DNA of 64,000 nucleotides from Pseudomonadales bacterium (lineage in GTDB: Bacteria; Patescibacteriota; Microgenomatia; UBA1400; PJMF01): contig JACKFY010000002.1 in the NCBI GenBank assembly GCA_020632235.1, forward strand, positions 163,954-227,953, written 5' to 3'. The notes beneath the pieces were generated by a model. The model worked only from the letters and a program-made list of their open reading frames with translations. It was not told the origin of the DNA and ran no database searches. This document shows, piece by piece, positions 36,961-46,323 of this stretch; position 1 is the stretch's first letter; every line of letters begins with the position of its first letter. The translations under genes and the position numbers were made by a program.

Positions 36961-37045
36961 GTACTAAAATCCTATAACATCTAATAGCCTGCTAGAAAAT
37001 AGAATATTGGGTTTTGGGTTTTGGATGCTGGGGGCTGGTTTTTAT

Positions 37046-37169
37046 CCCCTCTTTTGAAAGAGGGGCTGCTGTCAGCTGACGGAAGGGGTGTTTTGTAAAA
37101 AAAGAGGGAACACAAACACCTCGCCCACTCATCCTTCGAATGAGGGATGCTCCTCTTAAAAAGAGGAGA
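37046..37169. repeat. Hairpin mosaic element: CCCCTCTT-ttga-AAGAGGGG plus GC-rich arms, CCACTCATCC..GAATGAGGG hairpin, CTCCTCTT-aaaa-AGAGGAG hairpin.
   Basis: Homologous modules at 43991-44118 and 60365-60400. Confidence 0.7.
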
Positions 37170-37308
37170 TTTAGTTCCGAACACACTATGTCTTCATTTT
37201 TGCCAAAACAAGCGGGTTTTGAGCACAGTTAGTATGTGTACAAAGCACAAGATGTAGTTTTTTCGGGTTGCGCGTACACAATATGTTGTGGTTTAGTGAT
37301 CAGCTGAT

Positions 37309-38088
37309 ATGAACCAAGAACTTACAGCTCAGATAATCTACGTTGCGCAGCAAAACGTGCAAAGTGCGCGAAATAGAGTGCCACTACTACCTATGGTTGA
37401 TGGCCTGCATGGGCGGTCATTTTTACTCGAATTAGCTCTCCAAGAGCTCAAAGAACTAGAAGAAGCTATCGGTTTATACGGTAGTGTGACAGCACGAGAG
37501 TTTCTCTCTCAGGTAGTGGCAGAGCTCGATGATGTATTTGTATTTCTTGTCTCTTGGGTGAGTGTACACGCACCTGATGTTGACTTGGGCGCGCGCCCGG
37601 GTACAGCCAACGGCTTTGGTGAGAAATCATATGCTTTTGATAGGTTGGCAGAGACAATCATGGATGCTGTAGATGATCCCCAACATGCTTTGGCAGAGGT
37701 TATTGCCCGTCTCGAGTCAATCGCCCGTCACGCCCCAGTAGCATTTGTGCCGTTTGTTGATTCGCTTCAAAAGACACTTCACCAGGCATTACGCATTCAC
37801 CGCCCTCCAGAACTCTACACTTCACATGATCCACTGACAGGAAAACCGCTTTCTTCAGAGGAGGCGCTGCAGAAATATAATAATCTAGAAGCATGCATGA
37901 AGATGATCAGGGCGGCAGTTGACCCAGAAAACCGTAAACTACGAGGTGGGGAATGGCGACCATACAAATGGTACTTGCTTGAGTGGAGAAATAGTAGCAG
38001 GACTCAAGAGCAACTTCGCCAGCAACTATTTGCAGACTATCCGCTTGATCAGAGTGGGCGAGAGGTAGTAGTTTTTAATAGTGGCTAG
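37309..38088 (+). CDS. Hypothetical protein; possibly an all-alpha NTP pyrophosphohydrolase (MazG-like). Tentative.
   Basis: Helical EE-rich N-terminal region; sits within the dNTP-metabolism cluster. Confidence 0.3.
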   Translation: MNQELTAQIIYVAQQNVQSARNRVPLLPMVDGLHGRSFLLELALQELKELEEAIGLYGSVTAREFLSQVVAELDDVFVFLVSWVSVHAPDVDLGARPGTANGFGEKSYAFDRLAETIMDAVDDPQHALAEVIARLESIARHAPVAFVPFVDSLQKTLHQALRIHRPPELYTSHDPLTGKPLSSEEALQKYNNLEACMKMIRAAVDPENRKLRGGEWRPYKWYLLEWRNSSRTQEQLRQQLFADYPLDQSGREVVVFNSG

Positions 38089-38208
38089 TACCGCCAAGTG
38101 AGTATGACTCAGAGTGGAGTAGAAGTTGTTACTCATGCGGTACAGAGACTACCTGGTAGACATCCAACGCTTGTCAGAGTAGCGTAATACTTTTACACTA
38201 AGTCTACT

Positions 38209-38853
38209 ATGCCAACAAAAGCCAAACATCTAGGAGTCTTGATCACCTTTGAAGGGGGAGAGGGGGGTGGGAAAACAACCCAAATTGTGCGTCTTCGCGA
38301 GCGCCTGACGAGTATTGGAAAAGACGTAGTGGTGCTTCGTGAGCCTGGTGGCACGGTGATTAGCGACCAGATCCGCGAGGTAGTGTTATCGAGCAAAAAT
38401 GTGGGCATTGCCTACACCACCGAGGTGTTATTGTTTCAAGCAGCCCGTGCCCAGATTTACCGTGAGATAGTGCTACCCTCTTTAGATGCTGGCAAAGTAG
38501 TGCTGATGGATAGGTCGCGTGACAGCAGCGTGGTCTACCAAGGGATCGTGCGTGGCTTCGGGCAGGAGATGATAGAGCAGCTCAATGATATCTCTACCAA
38601 AAAAACCACCCCAGATATAACTTTTTTGCTTGACTTGCCCGTAGATGTTGGTTTAAAAAGGAGGGAAGAATCAGGCAAGATAGATCGCCTTGATATGGAA
38701 GCCAAGGAGTTTCATCAAAAGGTGCGTGATGGATACTTAGAGCTGGCACGGCGTGACACTTCGGGTCGCTGGCACGTCATCGATGCTTCAAAATCACTTG
38801 AAACAGTAGAGGAAGAGATTTGGAGTACCTTGCAGAACTATCTGGCTGAGTAA
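38209..38853 (+). CDS. tmk: Thymidylate kinase.
   Basis: ITFEGGEGGGKTTQ P-loop, DRS motif, LID region. Confidence 0.85.
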   Translation: MPTKAKHLGVLITFEGGEGGGKTTQIVRLRERLTSIGKDVVVLREPGGTVISDQIREVVLSSKNVGIAYTTEVLLFQAARAQIYREIVLPSLDAGKVVLMDRSRDSSVVYQGIVRGFGQEMIEQLNDISTKKTTPDITFLLDLPVDVGLKRREESGKIDRLDMEAKEFHQKVRDGYLELARRDTSGRWHVIDASKSLETVEEEIWSTLQNYLAE

Positions 38854-38883
38854 TCTTCTTGTTTTGTGTGATATAGTTTTTGT

Positions 38884-39219
38884 ATGACAATTATTCTTAA
38901 TCTTCTTCTCTCGGCTTTAGCTGTGTTTGTCGCAGCATACGTTATTCCAGGAGTGACTCTTGATTCGTACTGGACAGCAGTTATTGTGGCAGTTGTACTT
39001 GGGGTGCTCAATGCCTTTGTGAAGCCTATTGCCCAGGCGATTTCTCTACCGATCACCATACTTACATTCGGTTTTTTTTCGTTGGTGATAAATGTTTTTA
39101 TGCTCTACATTGCCGATTATCTTGTTACTGGGTTTGAACTGGGCAGTGTGCTCAATGCGCTTTTGTTTGCACTCACCCTTTCTTTGATTAACAGTTTTTT
39201 GGGCATGATGGGGAAGTAG
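38884..39219 (+). CDS. Small 4-TM membrane protein of the phage-holin-4_2/YvlD (DUF360) family.
   Basis: 111 aa, four TM helices; typical family sequence profile. Confidence 0.5.
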   Translation: MTIILNLLLSALAVFVAAYVIPGVTLDSYWTAVIVAVVLGVLNAFVKPIAQAISLPITILTFGFFSLVINVFMLYIADYLVTGFELGSVLNALLFALTLSLINSFLGMMGK

Positions 39220-39349
39220 TTTTTTTGAATGTTTTTCTTGTAGATATAATTTGGGTTTTGCCAAGTGAAATGTATACTTAAATAGTCATAGAACTGTACA
39301 TGCAAATATATTTTTAAATCTACACTTTTGTGTACATTGTGGTATACTA

Positions 39350-39631
39350 GTGGGTACTATGCAGTACATCTCGACAACTGATTTGAGAACACAGACGTCC
39401 CAGCTTATCGCAGCGCTCGACAGAGGAGAAGAGGTTACTCTCATCCATCGCTCCAAAGTAAGAGGAAAGATTCTTCCGTATAAAAATAAACGGAACGTAG
39501 TGGCGTTTGATGCTCAAAAGTTTGAGCAGTTTGTTGCTGATTTGAGCGAACTCCCCCCAGAGTCGCACACAGAAAGAGAAAAAAACTACAAAGCTCACTT
39601 GAGAAAAAAGTATGGATCGGATTTTTCTTGA
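39350..39631 (+). CDS. Phd/YefM-like antitoxin.
   Basis: ISTTDLRTQTSQLIAAL..GEEV.L profile; overlaps the downstream PIN gene. Confidence 0.5.
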   Translation: MGTMQYISTTDLRTQTSQLIAALDRGEEVTLIHRSKVRGKILPYKNKRNVVAFDAQKFEQFVADLSELPPESHTEREKNYKAHLRKKYGSDFS

Positions 39632-40001
39632 CACTAATATAGTGATAGATCTTATCTTGAGAAGAGAAGAGCACTCTGTACTATTTGATTACCCTGTTGC
39701 GTTATTTCTTTCTCCTTTGTCAGTCCATATTTTGATGTATGTAACCAAAAATGCGCTACCACCAAAAGAGCTCATACCTCTTGAAGAGATCTTTATGTTT
39801 GTAAGTTTTACAGGAAAGATTTCTATGCGTGCTTTGACAGGTCCTACCCCTGACTTTGAAGACAACGTCCAGCTACACTCGGCTGTAGCCAGTAAGTGTC
39901 ATGTTTTTTTGACGAGTGATACAAAATTACTGCAGTTGGGTCAGTTTCGCGGGGTTGAGATAATGACTCCTCCACATTGGGCTACTACTCGTGCTGCTTG
40001 A
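39612..40001 (+). CDS. vapC: PIN-domain toxin (VapC-like).
   Basis: FLDTNIVIDLIL N-terminal PIN motif. Confidence 0.6.
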   Translation: MDRIFLDTNIVIDLILRREEHSVLFDYPVALFLSPLSVHILMYVTKNALPPKELIPLEEIFMFVSFTGKISMRALTGPTPDFEDNVQLHSAVASKCHVFLTSDTKLLQLGQFRGVEIMTPPHWATTRAA

Positions 40002-40035
40002 TTTGAGCTCTCTTTTTTTCGTATAGTAGGGGGTA

Positions 40036-41421
40036 ATGCTGTCAAAAACAAAGCACAATCTGCCCCAGCCACCATCCTTGATCAAAACTATCGGCCCATC
40101 ATTTATCTTGGTTGGTTTGGCTTTGGGTAGTGGCGAGGTTATTCTGTGGCCGTACTTGATTAGCCACTACGGCCTTGGCCTGCTCTGGGGCGCAGTGCTT
40201 GGCGTCTCATTTCAGTATCTCCTTAATACAGAAATTATGCGCTACACCTTGTATTGGGGCGAGAGCGTGTTTGTGGGCTTTCGGCGATTGAGTGCGTGGC
40301 TGCCATGGTGGTTTGTTGTCTCAACGGTGATCCCGTGGTCGCTGCCGGGGTTTTCATCTGCCTCAGCCGAGATTTTTTCAACACTGTTTCCCGCTCTGCC
40401 AGTCGAGACAACTATGATCGGCATGTTGCTGTTTTGTGGCATTCTGCTTTCTGTAGGGAGTAGTGTTTATAAAACAATGGAGCGCCTCGAGAAAGGGGTG
40501 GTGATAGGTTCGCTTATTTTTATCTTCGTGCTCGTTTGTCTGTTTACGGGTCTCGCCGACTGGTCGCAGGCGGCGGTGGGGTTGGTGGGGGTGGGGGATG
40601 GGTGGTGGTTATTTCCAGAAACGATTGCTTTGATGAGCTTTTTGGCAGCATTTGCCTATGCGGGCGGTGGGGGGAACTTAAACTTTGCCCAGTCGTACTA
40701 TATCAAGGAAAAGGGGTTTGGCATGGGGGCGTACGCGCCAAAAATTGGCTCGATTACTTCTTCCTCGATGGACGAGCGACCATCACTACTGGGTCAAACA
40801 TTTCCCAAAACAAAACAGAACAAAGCCATGTGGCAACAGTGGTGGCAGCTGGTTACTACCGAGCACCGATTGGTATTTTGGGGCGGGGGCATTGTCTCGA
40901 TTGTGATGCTGTCGGTGTTGGCACACGCACTTGTCCCTGAGGGAGTGACGACCGAAGGGCTAGCGTTTCTCTATAGCGAGGCAGCCACTCTTGCTGTGGT
41001 TTCGCCCCTGTTGGGCAAAGTATTTCTCTTGAGTGTGGCTACTATGTTGTTCTCCACGCAGTTGATCGTGTTGGAGTCTACCTCTCGGATTATCTCGGAA
41101 AATATCTTGCTTATTCGCTCAAAAACAGGCAATACCTGGAGTCAGACCAAAGCGTTTTTTACTGCGCTGTGGGGGCAAATTACATTGGGAGTTATGATTA
41201 TTATTTCTGGGTTTCAAGAGCCGCACTTTTTACTCACCCTTGCAGCAGCACTCAATGCCGGCGCGATGATGGTAGCGTTTATCTTGATCTTTTTCTTGAA
41301 CAAAAAACAGCTTGAGCCCGAGTTTCAACCAGGAAAACTGCGCAGTATTGGGCTGGGCATCGCTACGTTATTTTTTATTTTCTTTGTCTGCATGACCATC
41401 TGGCAGGGTATTACTGGATGA
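40036..41421 (+). CDS. Polytopic membrane transporter, NRAMP-like divalent-metal transporter family (tentative).
   Basis: About 11 TM helices. N-terminal GPSFILVGLALGSGEV..WP resembles the NRAMP TM1 region, but the DPGN motif is absent. Confidence 0.4.
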   Translation: MLSKTKHNLPQPPSLIKTIGPSFILVGLALGSGEVILWPYLISHYGLGLLWGAVLGVSFQYLLNTEIMRYTLYWGESVFVGFRRLSAWLPWWFVVSTVIPWSLPGFSSASAEIFSTLFPALPVETTMIGMLLFCGILLSVGSSVYKTMERLEKGVVIGSLIFIFVLVCLFTGLADWSQAAVGLVGVGDGWWLFPETIALMSFLAAFAYAGGGGNLNFAQSYYIKEKGFGMGAYAPKIGSITSSSMDERPSLLGQTFPKTKQNKAMWQQWWQLVTTEHRLVFWGGGIVSIVMLSVLAHALVPEGVTTEGLAFLYSEAATLAVVSPLLGKVFLLSVATMLFSTQLIVLESTSRIISENILLIRSKTGNTWSQTKAFFTALWGQITLGVMIIISGFQEPHFLLTLAAALNAGAMMVAFILIFFLNKKQLEPEFQPGKLRSIGLGIATLFFIFFVCMTIWQGITG

Positions 41422-41735
41422 AGATAGTATTACTTGATTTTCTAGGTAGTACTTTGTACACTTATTCTGCAAGTATGCAGATGGTTACTACTGTTACTAC
41501 CAAAGGCCAGGTGGTTATCCCACAACACCTGCGTGATGCGTTGGGTCTGCACCCATCTCAAAAAGTGCTCTTTGACAGAAAGGGTGAGACTCTTGTGCTA
41601 AAAAAGGTGCCAACTGTCAAGACCATGAGAGGTTTTATTACCGCAAAAAAGAAGGTGTCCGCTCGAAACTTTGACGCGGCAATCAAACAAGCAGTGCTAA
41701 TAAAACATCATAAGAAACAACATGATAATTCTTGA
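41418..41735 (+). CDS. AbrB/MazE/SpoVT-family antitoxin.
   Basis: TTKGQVVIPQHLRDALGL swapped-hairpin motif. Confidence 0.6.
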   Translation: MKIVLLDFLGSTLYTYSASMQMVTTVTTKGQVVIPQHLRDALGLHPSQKVLFDRKGETLVLKKVPTVKTMRGFITAKKKVSARNFDAAIKQAVLIKHHKKQHDNS

Positions 41736-42093
41736 TACAAACGTACTCATTCGTTACTTTATAAACGATGATGTGGCGATAGCAAAGAAAGTTGAAGCAG
41801 TACTGCAAACAGCAGAGCACCTGCATATTCCAGCAGTAGTTTTTCCCGAAATAGAGTATGTGTTGCTGAAACTGTATGATTCCACCAGGGATGCTGTGGG
41901 CGAGGCGTTTTCTTTCTTGTGTTCTCTGTCAAATGTAAAGGTGGATCTGGTAGTGCAACAAGCAGTCGTGTTGTACAAAAAAACCAATCTAGATATGGCT
42001 GACTGCATTGTCGCGTGTAGCGGCAGGCAGGGTGATTTGATTGCTAGTCTGGACAGAGCCCTCGTGAACAACACCAATATGGAGGCGTACTAG
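41722..42093 (+). CDS. vapC: PIN-domain toxin (VapC-like).
   Basis: ILDTNVLIRYF motif. Confidence 0.7.
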   Translation: MIILDTNVLIRYFINDDVAIAKKVEAVLQTAEHLHIPAVVFPEIEYVLLKLYDSTRDAVGEAFSFLCSLSNVKVDLVVQQAVVLYKKTNLDMADCIVACSGRQGDLIASLDRALVNNTNMEAY

Positions 42094-42135
42094 AAGTGAT
42101 TTGTTTACTTGTTTCTCATAGATATCTGGGTTAGC

Positions 42136-42747
42136 ATGAGCCGCATGCCGACACTCCCGAAAGCAATTCGCCAGCTGACTGAATCATTTGAAAAACTGCC
42201 GGGTATTGGCCCGAAATCTGCCCAGCGACTGGTGTTTTATCTTCTCCACACGCCAGAAGCGTCGCTGCAGCAGTTCGCCGACCGCTTGATAGCGCTTAAA
42301 AAGGACGTTGTGCTATGTGAGGTGTGTCATAACGTCAGTGAGCGCTCGCCGTGCAGTATTTGTGATGATGCGGCTCGCGACAACACACTGCTGTGTGTTG
42401 TAGAGCAGCCACTAGACGCCATAGCACTCGAGAGTTCTGGCACGTATGCAGGCACCTATCATGTGCTGCACGGCGCTATTGCGCCGCTAAATAACATTGG
42501 TCCTGACCAGTTGTATCTCAAGGATGTAGTTGGGCGACTAGAAGGCGTGAGTGAGCTTATTTTGGCCACCAATCCAACCATGGAAGGGGAGGCGACAGCT
42601 TTGTACATTACCGAACTGGTTCGTGCAAAAGCACATGAATCGTTGCGTATTACGAGAATAGGGCACGGTCTGCCCATTGGGGCGGACATCGAGTACGCCG
42701 ACAGCATGACGCTTAAGCGTGCTATGGAAGGCAGGCGAGAGTTGTAA
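42136..42747 (+). CDS. recR: Recombination protein RecR. Start probably internal; the ORF opens at 42109.
   Basis: LPGIGPKSAQR HhH, C4 zinc finger CEVC...CSIC, Toprim domain. Confidence 0.85.
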   Translation: MSRMPTLPKAIRQLTESFEKLPGIGPKSAQRLVFYLLHTPEASLQQFADRLIALKKDVVLCEVCHNVSERSPCSICDDAARDNTLLCVVEQPLDAIALESSGTYAGTYHVLHGAIAPLNNIGPDQLYLKDVVGRLEGVSELILATNPTMEGEATALYITELVRAKAHESLRITRIGHGLPIGADIEYADSMTLKRAMEGRREL

Positions 42748-42936
42748 CTTTTTCCTATGAATAGGTGTTTTATCGGTCTTGATTTTTAATAGCATCATGC
42801 TTATGATGAGGAGTAACTATGACACTGTACATAGTACAAACAGTAGGCTCCTCGCAAACTCACTTACTAGTGTGTTGAGGGGCTTTTTTGTCTCTGGGTA
42901 GTCAAATACTTGAGGGACAAGAAGAAAGGACAAGGC

Positions 42937-43260
42937 ATGAGAGTGCTGATTTCTTCCAAAAAAATAGAAGTGACCGAGGCATTGCGCTCGGCCATAGAGG
43001 CGCAGGCCCAAAAACTGGGCAAACTCCACAAGCAGATTTCCTGGGTGCAGGTGTTTATAGAGCATGTTCCCAAAAAGAGCAAAGATGTTTTTGCCAATAA
43101 GGTTACTTTTGAGGTTTCATTGCCAGGGAAAAATGTAGTTGTAAAAAACCACGCTCACGATATGTACAAAGCAATTTCTGGCGCAGCCGAGAGTGCAGTA
43201 CGGCAGGTGCGAAAAGAGTATGAGCGTCGCGCGACGCTGAGGCGAAAACAGATCGCATAG
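42937..43260 (+). CDS. hpf: Ribosome hibernation promoting factor (HPF/YfiA).
   Basis: ..I.S..IEVTEALR profile. AAGGA Shine-Dalgarno upstream of the internal ATG (the ORF opens at 42910). Confidence 0.7.
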   Translation: MRVLISSKKIEVTEALRSAIEAQAQKLGKLHKQISWVQVFIEHVPKKSKDVFANKVTFEVSLPGKNVVVKNHAHDMYKAISGAAESAVRQVRKEYERRATLRRKQIA

Positions 43261-43460
43261 AAACTAGGCTGTTGGCTTTGGGTGCTGGAGGCTGGTCACT
43301 TTGTCAACTCTGAACTCTTGCCCGAAATGCTACGCAAATGCGTTGCAGGCGAGTGTTTCAGAGTCTGCTTTGATTGTTTTAGCGTGATGATTAGCGAGCT
43401 CGTCCATACGCTTTTTGTTTATCAAACCTTTGGCGAACACTATGGAAGATGCCTGTCGAT

Positions 43461-43718
43461 CTAATTGCCGGTTCTTTTGATAGTGTTATCAACACGTTTC
43501 CAAAAATCCGTCAGTCCTTCTGGTCCCTGCCCAGATATTTCGACCCAACCTTTGCCAGGCTCAGGTTCGTGTAATGTGTTTGTTCCATCGTTGTATGGAG
43601 CCATTTCAGGAGTATCAAGTCTGAGTCCCATTTCTTGCGCAACTTCCTTCATAACTTCAATGTGTTCAAGTAGGTATTGTCCTCTCATAGGTTGGTTTTT
43701 TATAAATAACTCTTTCAT
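43461..43718 (-). CDS. Small hypothetical protein, paralog B (85 aa).
   Basis: Paralog of 36646-36903. Confidence 0.5.
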   Translation of the reverse strand: MKELFIKNQPMRGQYLLEHIEVMKEVAQEMGLRLDTPEMAPYNDGTNTLHEPEPGKGWVEISGQGPEGLTDFWKRVDNTIKRTGN

Positions 43719-43756
43719 AACATGCTTTCTTGTTTATTTTTTACACTTGTTTGGCT

Positions 43757-43785
43757 ATTTTCCTCTCTCTCTCTCTGAAAGTCAA
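43757..43785 (-). promoter_or_regulatory. Promoter of paralog B: -35 TTGACT, 17-nt spacer = ttc(AG)7, -10 GAAAAT.
   Basis: Sequence; optimal spacing, in contrast to paralog A. Confidence 0.45.
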
Positions 43786-43990
43786 GTATCAAAATCCTAT
43801 AACTATGATAGTTTGTTGGAAAATAGGATGTTGGGTTTTAGGCACCTAGTTGCTTTGTCATTTCGACTGGAACAAAGTGAAGTGGAAAAATCTCATCTAG
43901 ATACCCCTGCCCGTAGTGTCTGCGACACAGTCGTTGTAGGCGGGTCAATTTGCAGTCGATATGACAGAGTAAGTAGCCGAAGTCGGGACG

Positions 43991-44118
43991 TCTTCCCTTA
44001 CAAGGGAAGTGTTAAAACACCCCTGGCTTTCAGCCAGCCCCTCTTGAAAAGAGGGGATATAAAACACCCTTCCCCTCACCATTCTATGGTGAGGGATGCC
44101 CCTCTTGCAAAGAGGGGA
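43991..44118. repeat. Hairpin mosaic element: CTTCCCTTACAAGGGAAG, CCCCTCTT-gaaa-AGAGGGG, CCCCTCACCATTCTATGGTGAGGG, CCCCTCTT-gcaa-AGAGGGG.
   Basis: Same modules as at 37046-37169 and 60365-60400, partly in inverted order. Confidence 0.7.
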
Positions 44119-44147
44119 CAGTAAGCAAGATATGCTACTATGAATAC

Positions 44148-44534
44148 ATGACAGATGACGCAAGTGCTAGCTCGTTAATCACTCCTCCCTCAGACAGTGG
44201 TCAGAGTCCTCTTGATGCGCTTGAAGAGCTGTTACAAGAAGCACAAGCCGCCCAGTCGGGCGGCCCACCACCTGCAAGCAGTGGTAGTGATGGAAAAGAC
44301 GAAACTCCAGAAGATGAATCAAGTAAAGCAGAGCGAGAAGCTTTTGAACAGCGACAAGCCGAGCAACAAGAGAAAGACGCAACAGCCATTCAAGACCAGA
44401 TTCAAAAAATTCACACTATTGGCGAAACCCCAGCCGAGCAAGCCCGCCAACAGCAGGAAGCAGAAAAAAAGCAACAGGCAAGCAGCAGTGATGATGGTTT
44501 TGCGATCAGGCAATTAGAACACACGAAGAGGTAA
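44148..44534 (+). CDS. Hypothetical low-complexity (Q/E/A-rich) protein.
   Basis: ORF only. Confidence 0.3.
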   Translation: MTDDASASSLITPPSDSGQSPLDALEELLQEAQAAQSGGPPPASSGSDGKDETPEDESSKAEREAFEQRQAEQQEKDATAIQDQIQKIHTIGETPAEQARQQQEAEKKQQASSSDDGFAIRQLEHTKR

Positions 44535-44539
44535 TTAGC

Positions 44540-45154
44540 ATGCAAAAACAAACAGTCAGACCGCGCTCTGGCGGAGGTTTTACCTCAGGAATGGGTTCGT
44601 TTGGCGAGCACATGGACGAGAATGCTATGACCCAAGCCATGGGGCAAAAGCAACTCTCACAGCTCGGGGCACATCCAGCCACTGCCATGCAGGGTGTGGC
44701 CAACCAAAAAGCCCAACAACAGCAACAAAAACCACCCAGGAGCGTGGGCACACTCAAGGATGAGCTTATTACTCGCCCAGTAGGTGACTTTTTTGAAGAA
44801 CTCAAGCAGTTTTTTAGCTTGCACGCTTGGCTAGGGATAGAGCCAGCAAGTAGCAAAGATCCAGCCGAGCAAGCTCGCCAGCAACAGGCTATTAAGCGCT
44901 ACCAGCAGTTGAACGAAGAGCAACAAGCCTATGCCAGACAAAAATACCAGGCTGAACTGCAAAAGAAAAAGCAGGAAGAGGAAGAAAACATGCAGAAAAA
45001 ACAGGCAGAAGAGCAGAGAAAGAGAGACTCTATCCAGATGCCAAGCAGCCCTAAGAAAGGTCCCGTCGGGCCTGCGGGTAGTAAAAAACAAAAGGCAGCG
45101 CAAAAACTCCACCAAGATAGAAAACAATTAAGTGGGCCGGGGAGTGCGAATTAG
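44540..45154 (+). CDS. Hypothetical Q/K/E-rich protein.
   Basis: ORF only. Confidence 0.35.
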   Translation: MQKQTVRPRSGGGFTSGMGSFGEHMDENAMTQAMGQKQLSQLGAHPATAMQGVANQKAQQQQQKPPRSVGTLKDELITRPVGDFFEELKQFFSLHAWLGIEPASSKDPAEQARQQQAIKRYQQLNEEQQAYARQKYQAELQKKKQEEEENMQKKQAEEQRKRDSIQMPSSPKKGPVGPAGSKKQKAAQKLHQDRKQLSGPGSAN

Positions 45155-45217
45155 TATTTTGACTGATACACGCATATTGCTTGACAGTTTTTCTTTCATT
45201 GTTATAGTGAAAGTATT

Positions 45218-45991
45218 ATGAAACAAAACCTCATCACTTTGTTTGTATTTTCTCTTGTGGTCTTGGCTCTACTAGCTCTCTTCCCATGGAAAGATATTAA
45301 CTGGGGTAGTATTAATATCCAACCAGCAGAGACCATCACGGTGAGTGGATATGCTACGAGTATGGAAGAAACCCAAATCGCGCACTTTAGCGCGGGGGCA
45401 GAGGCGAGTGGGAGCGACCCGCAAGCATTACGAAACCAGGTGGATAGCATCATTGCAGCCACAGTGCAGCAGCTGCTTGACCTTGGTATTTCCCGAAATG
45501 ATATCCAGACACAAAGCACTTCGTTGTATGAAGAGCCAGCTGATGCTGGTCAACCCATTACGCTCGAGTACAGAGTTGATCCAGACGGCAATGCCATTCC
45601 CCCAGAAGGAGTAGAAAGCGGCAGTGGTCAATGGCGGGCCAGTAACACTATTAGCATCACGCTTAGGGATATTTCAAAGGCAGACAAAGTGTTAAGTATT
45701 CTTAGTACTGGTGACCTAACCAATGTGTATGGTCCTAACTTTATGCTTGACGATACAATAGCTGCTCAAGAAGAGTTGCTTGCCCAGGCTGTGGCAAATG
45801 CCAGACAGAAAGCAGATACGTTGGCTATGGCAGCTGATAAGCAAGTGGTAGAGGTAGTGAGTATATCCGAGGGCGGCTTTGTTGGTGGCTACATGCCGAT
45901 GATGTTAGAGAGTGCAGCCACTACAGACGCCATCATGCCTGGAACAGAGCAGGTATCGCAAAGTGTGACGGTGGTGTTTGCGATTCGTTAG
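45218..45991 (+). CDS. SIMPL-domain (DUF541) secreted/periplasmic protein.
   Basis: N-terminal signal anchor; ..I.VSG.A....P..A.FS.G....G.. SIMPL profile. Confidence 0.65.
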   Translation: MKQNLITLFVFSLVVLALLALFPWKDINWGSINIQPAETITVSGYATSMEETQIAHFSAGAEASGSDPQALRNQVDSIIAATVQQLLDLGISRNDIQTQSTSLYEEPADAGQPITLEYRVDPDGNAIPPEGVESGSGQWRASNTISITLRDISKADKVLSILSTGDLTNVYGPNFMLDDTIAAQEELLAQAVANARQKADTLAMAADKQVVEVVSISEGGFVGGYMPMMLESAATTDAIMPGTEQVSQSVTVVFAIR

Positions 45992-46056
45992 AGATTTTGA
46001 TCTGCAATGCGCATTACGCATTGCACTTTGATTGTACTTGCGTTACACTACTTTAT

Positions 46057-46323
46057 ATGTCTCAAATAGTGGTTCGGATGGATCCAGCAGATAAGTTGTG
46101 GTGGCAGCAAGAGGCTGCTCGTAAAAACATTGGTTTTAGTGAGCTGGTGCGCCAGGTTTTAGCAGATAAGAAACAACAAGCACAAAAAAAGAAAAAGGGT
46201 CGCACCATGGGTGAGGTCATGAAAGAATTTCGAGCACAACACCCCGAGTTGGCCACAGCAGATGTGCCAAAAGATCTTTCTACCAACTACAAACAGTATC
46301 TCTACGGAACAGATTTCCGATGA
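46057..46323 (+). CDS. Ribbon-helix-helix antitoxin.
   Basis: IVVRMDPADKLWWQQEAARKNIGFSELVRQVL RHH pattern; overlaps the downstream PIN gene. Confidence 0.5.
   Translation: MSQIVVRMDPADKLWWQQEAARKNIGFSELVRQVLADKKQQAQKKKKGRTMGEVMKEFRAQHPELATADVPKDLSTNYKQYLYGTDFR

Noticed and set aside
40536-40940. ORF with AGGGGVGGGGGW translation inside the transporter gene.
   Set aside because: It is an alternative frame of the G-rich stretch of the 461-aa membrane protein, which has a continuous TM-helix pattern, so it is spurious.
43465-44124. 219-aa plus-strand ORF spanning paralogue B's antisense strand and the mosaic repeats.
   Set aside because: Its C-terminal part is simply the translation of the hairpin repeats (PLLKRG.., PLAKRG), and it runs antisense to the paralogue gene, so it is not credible.
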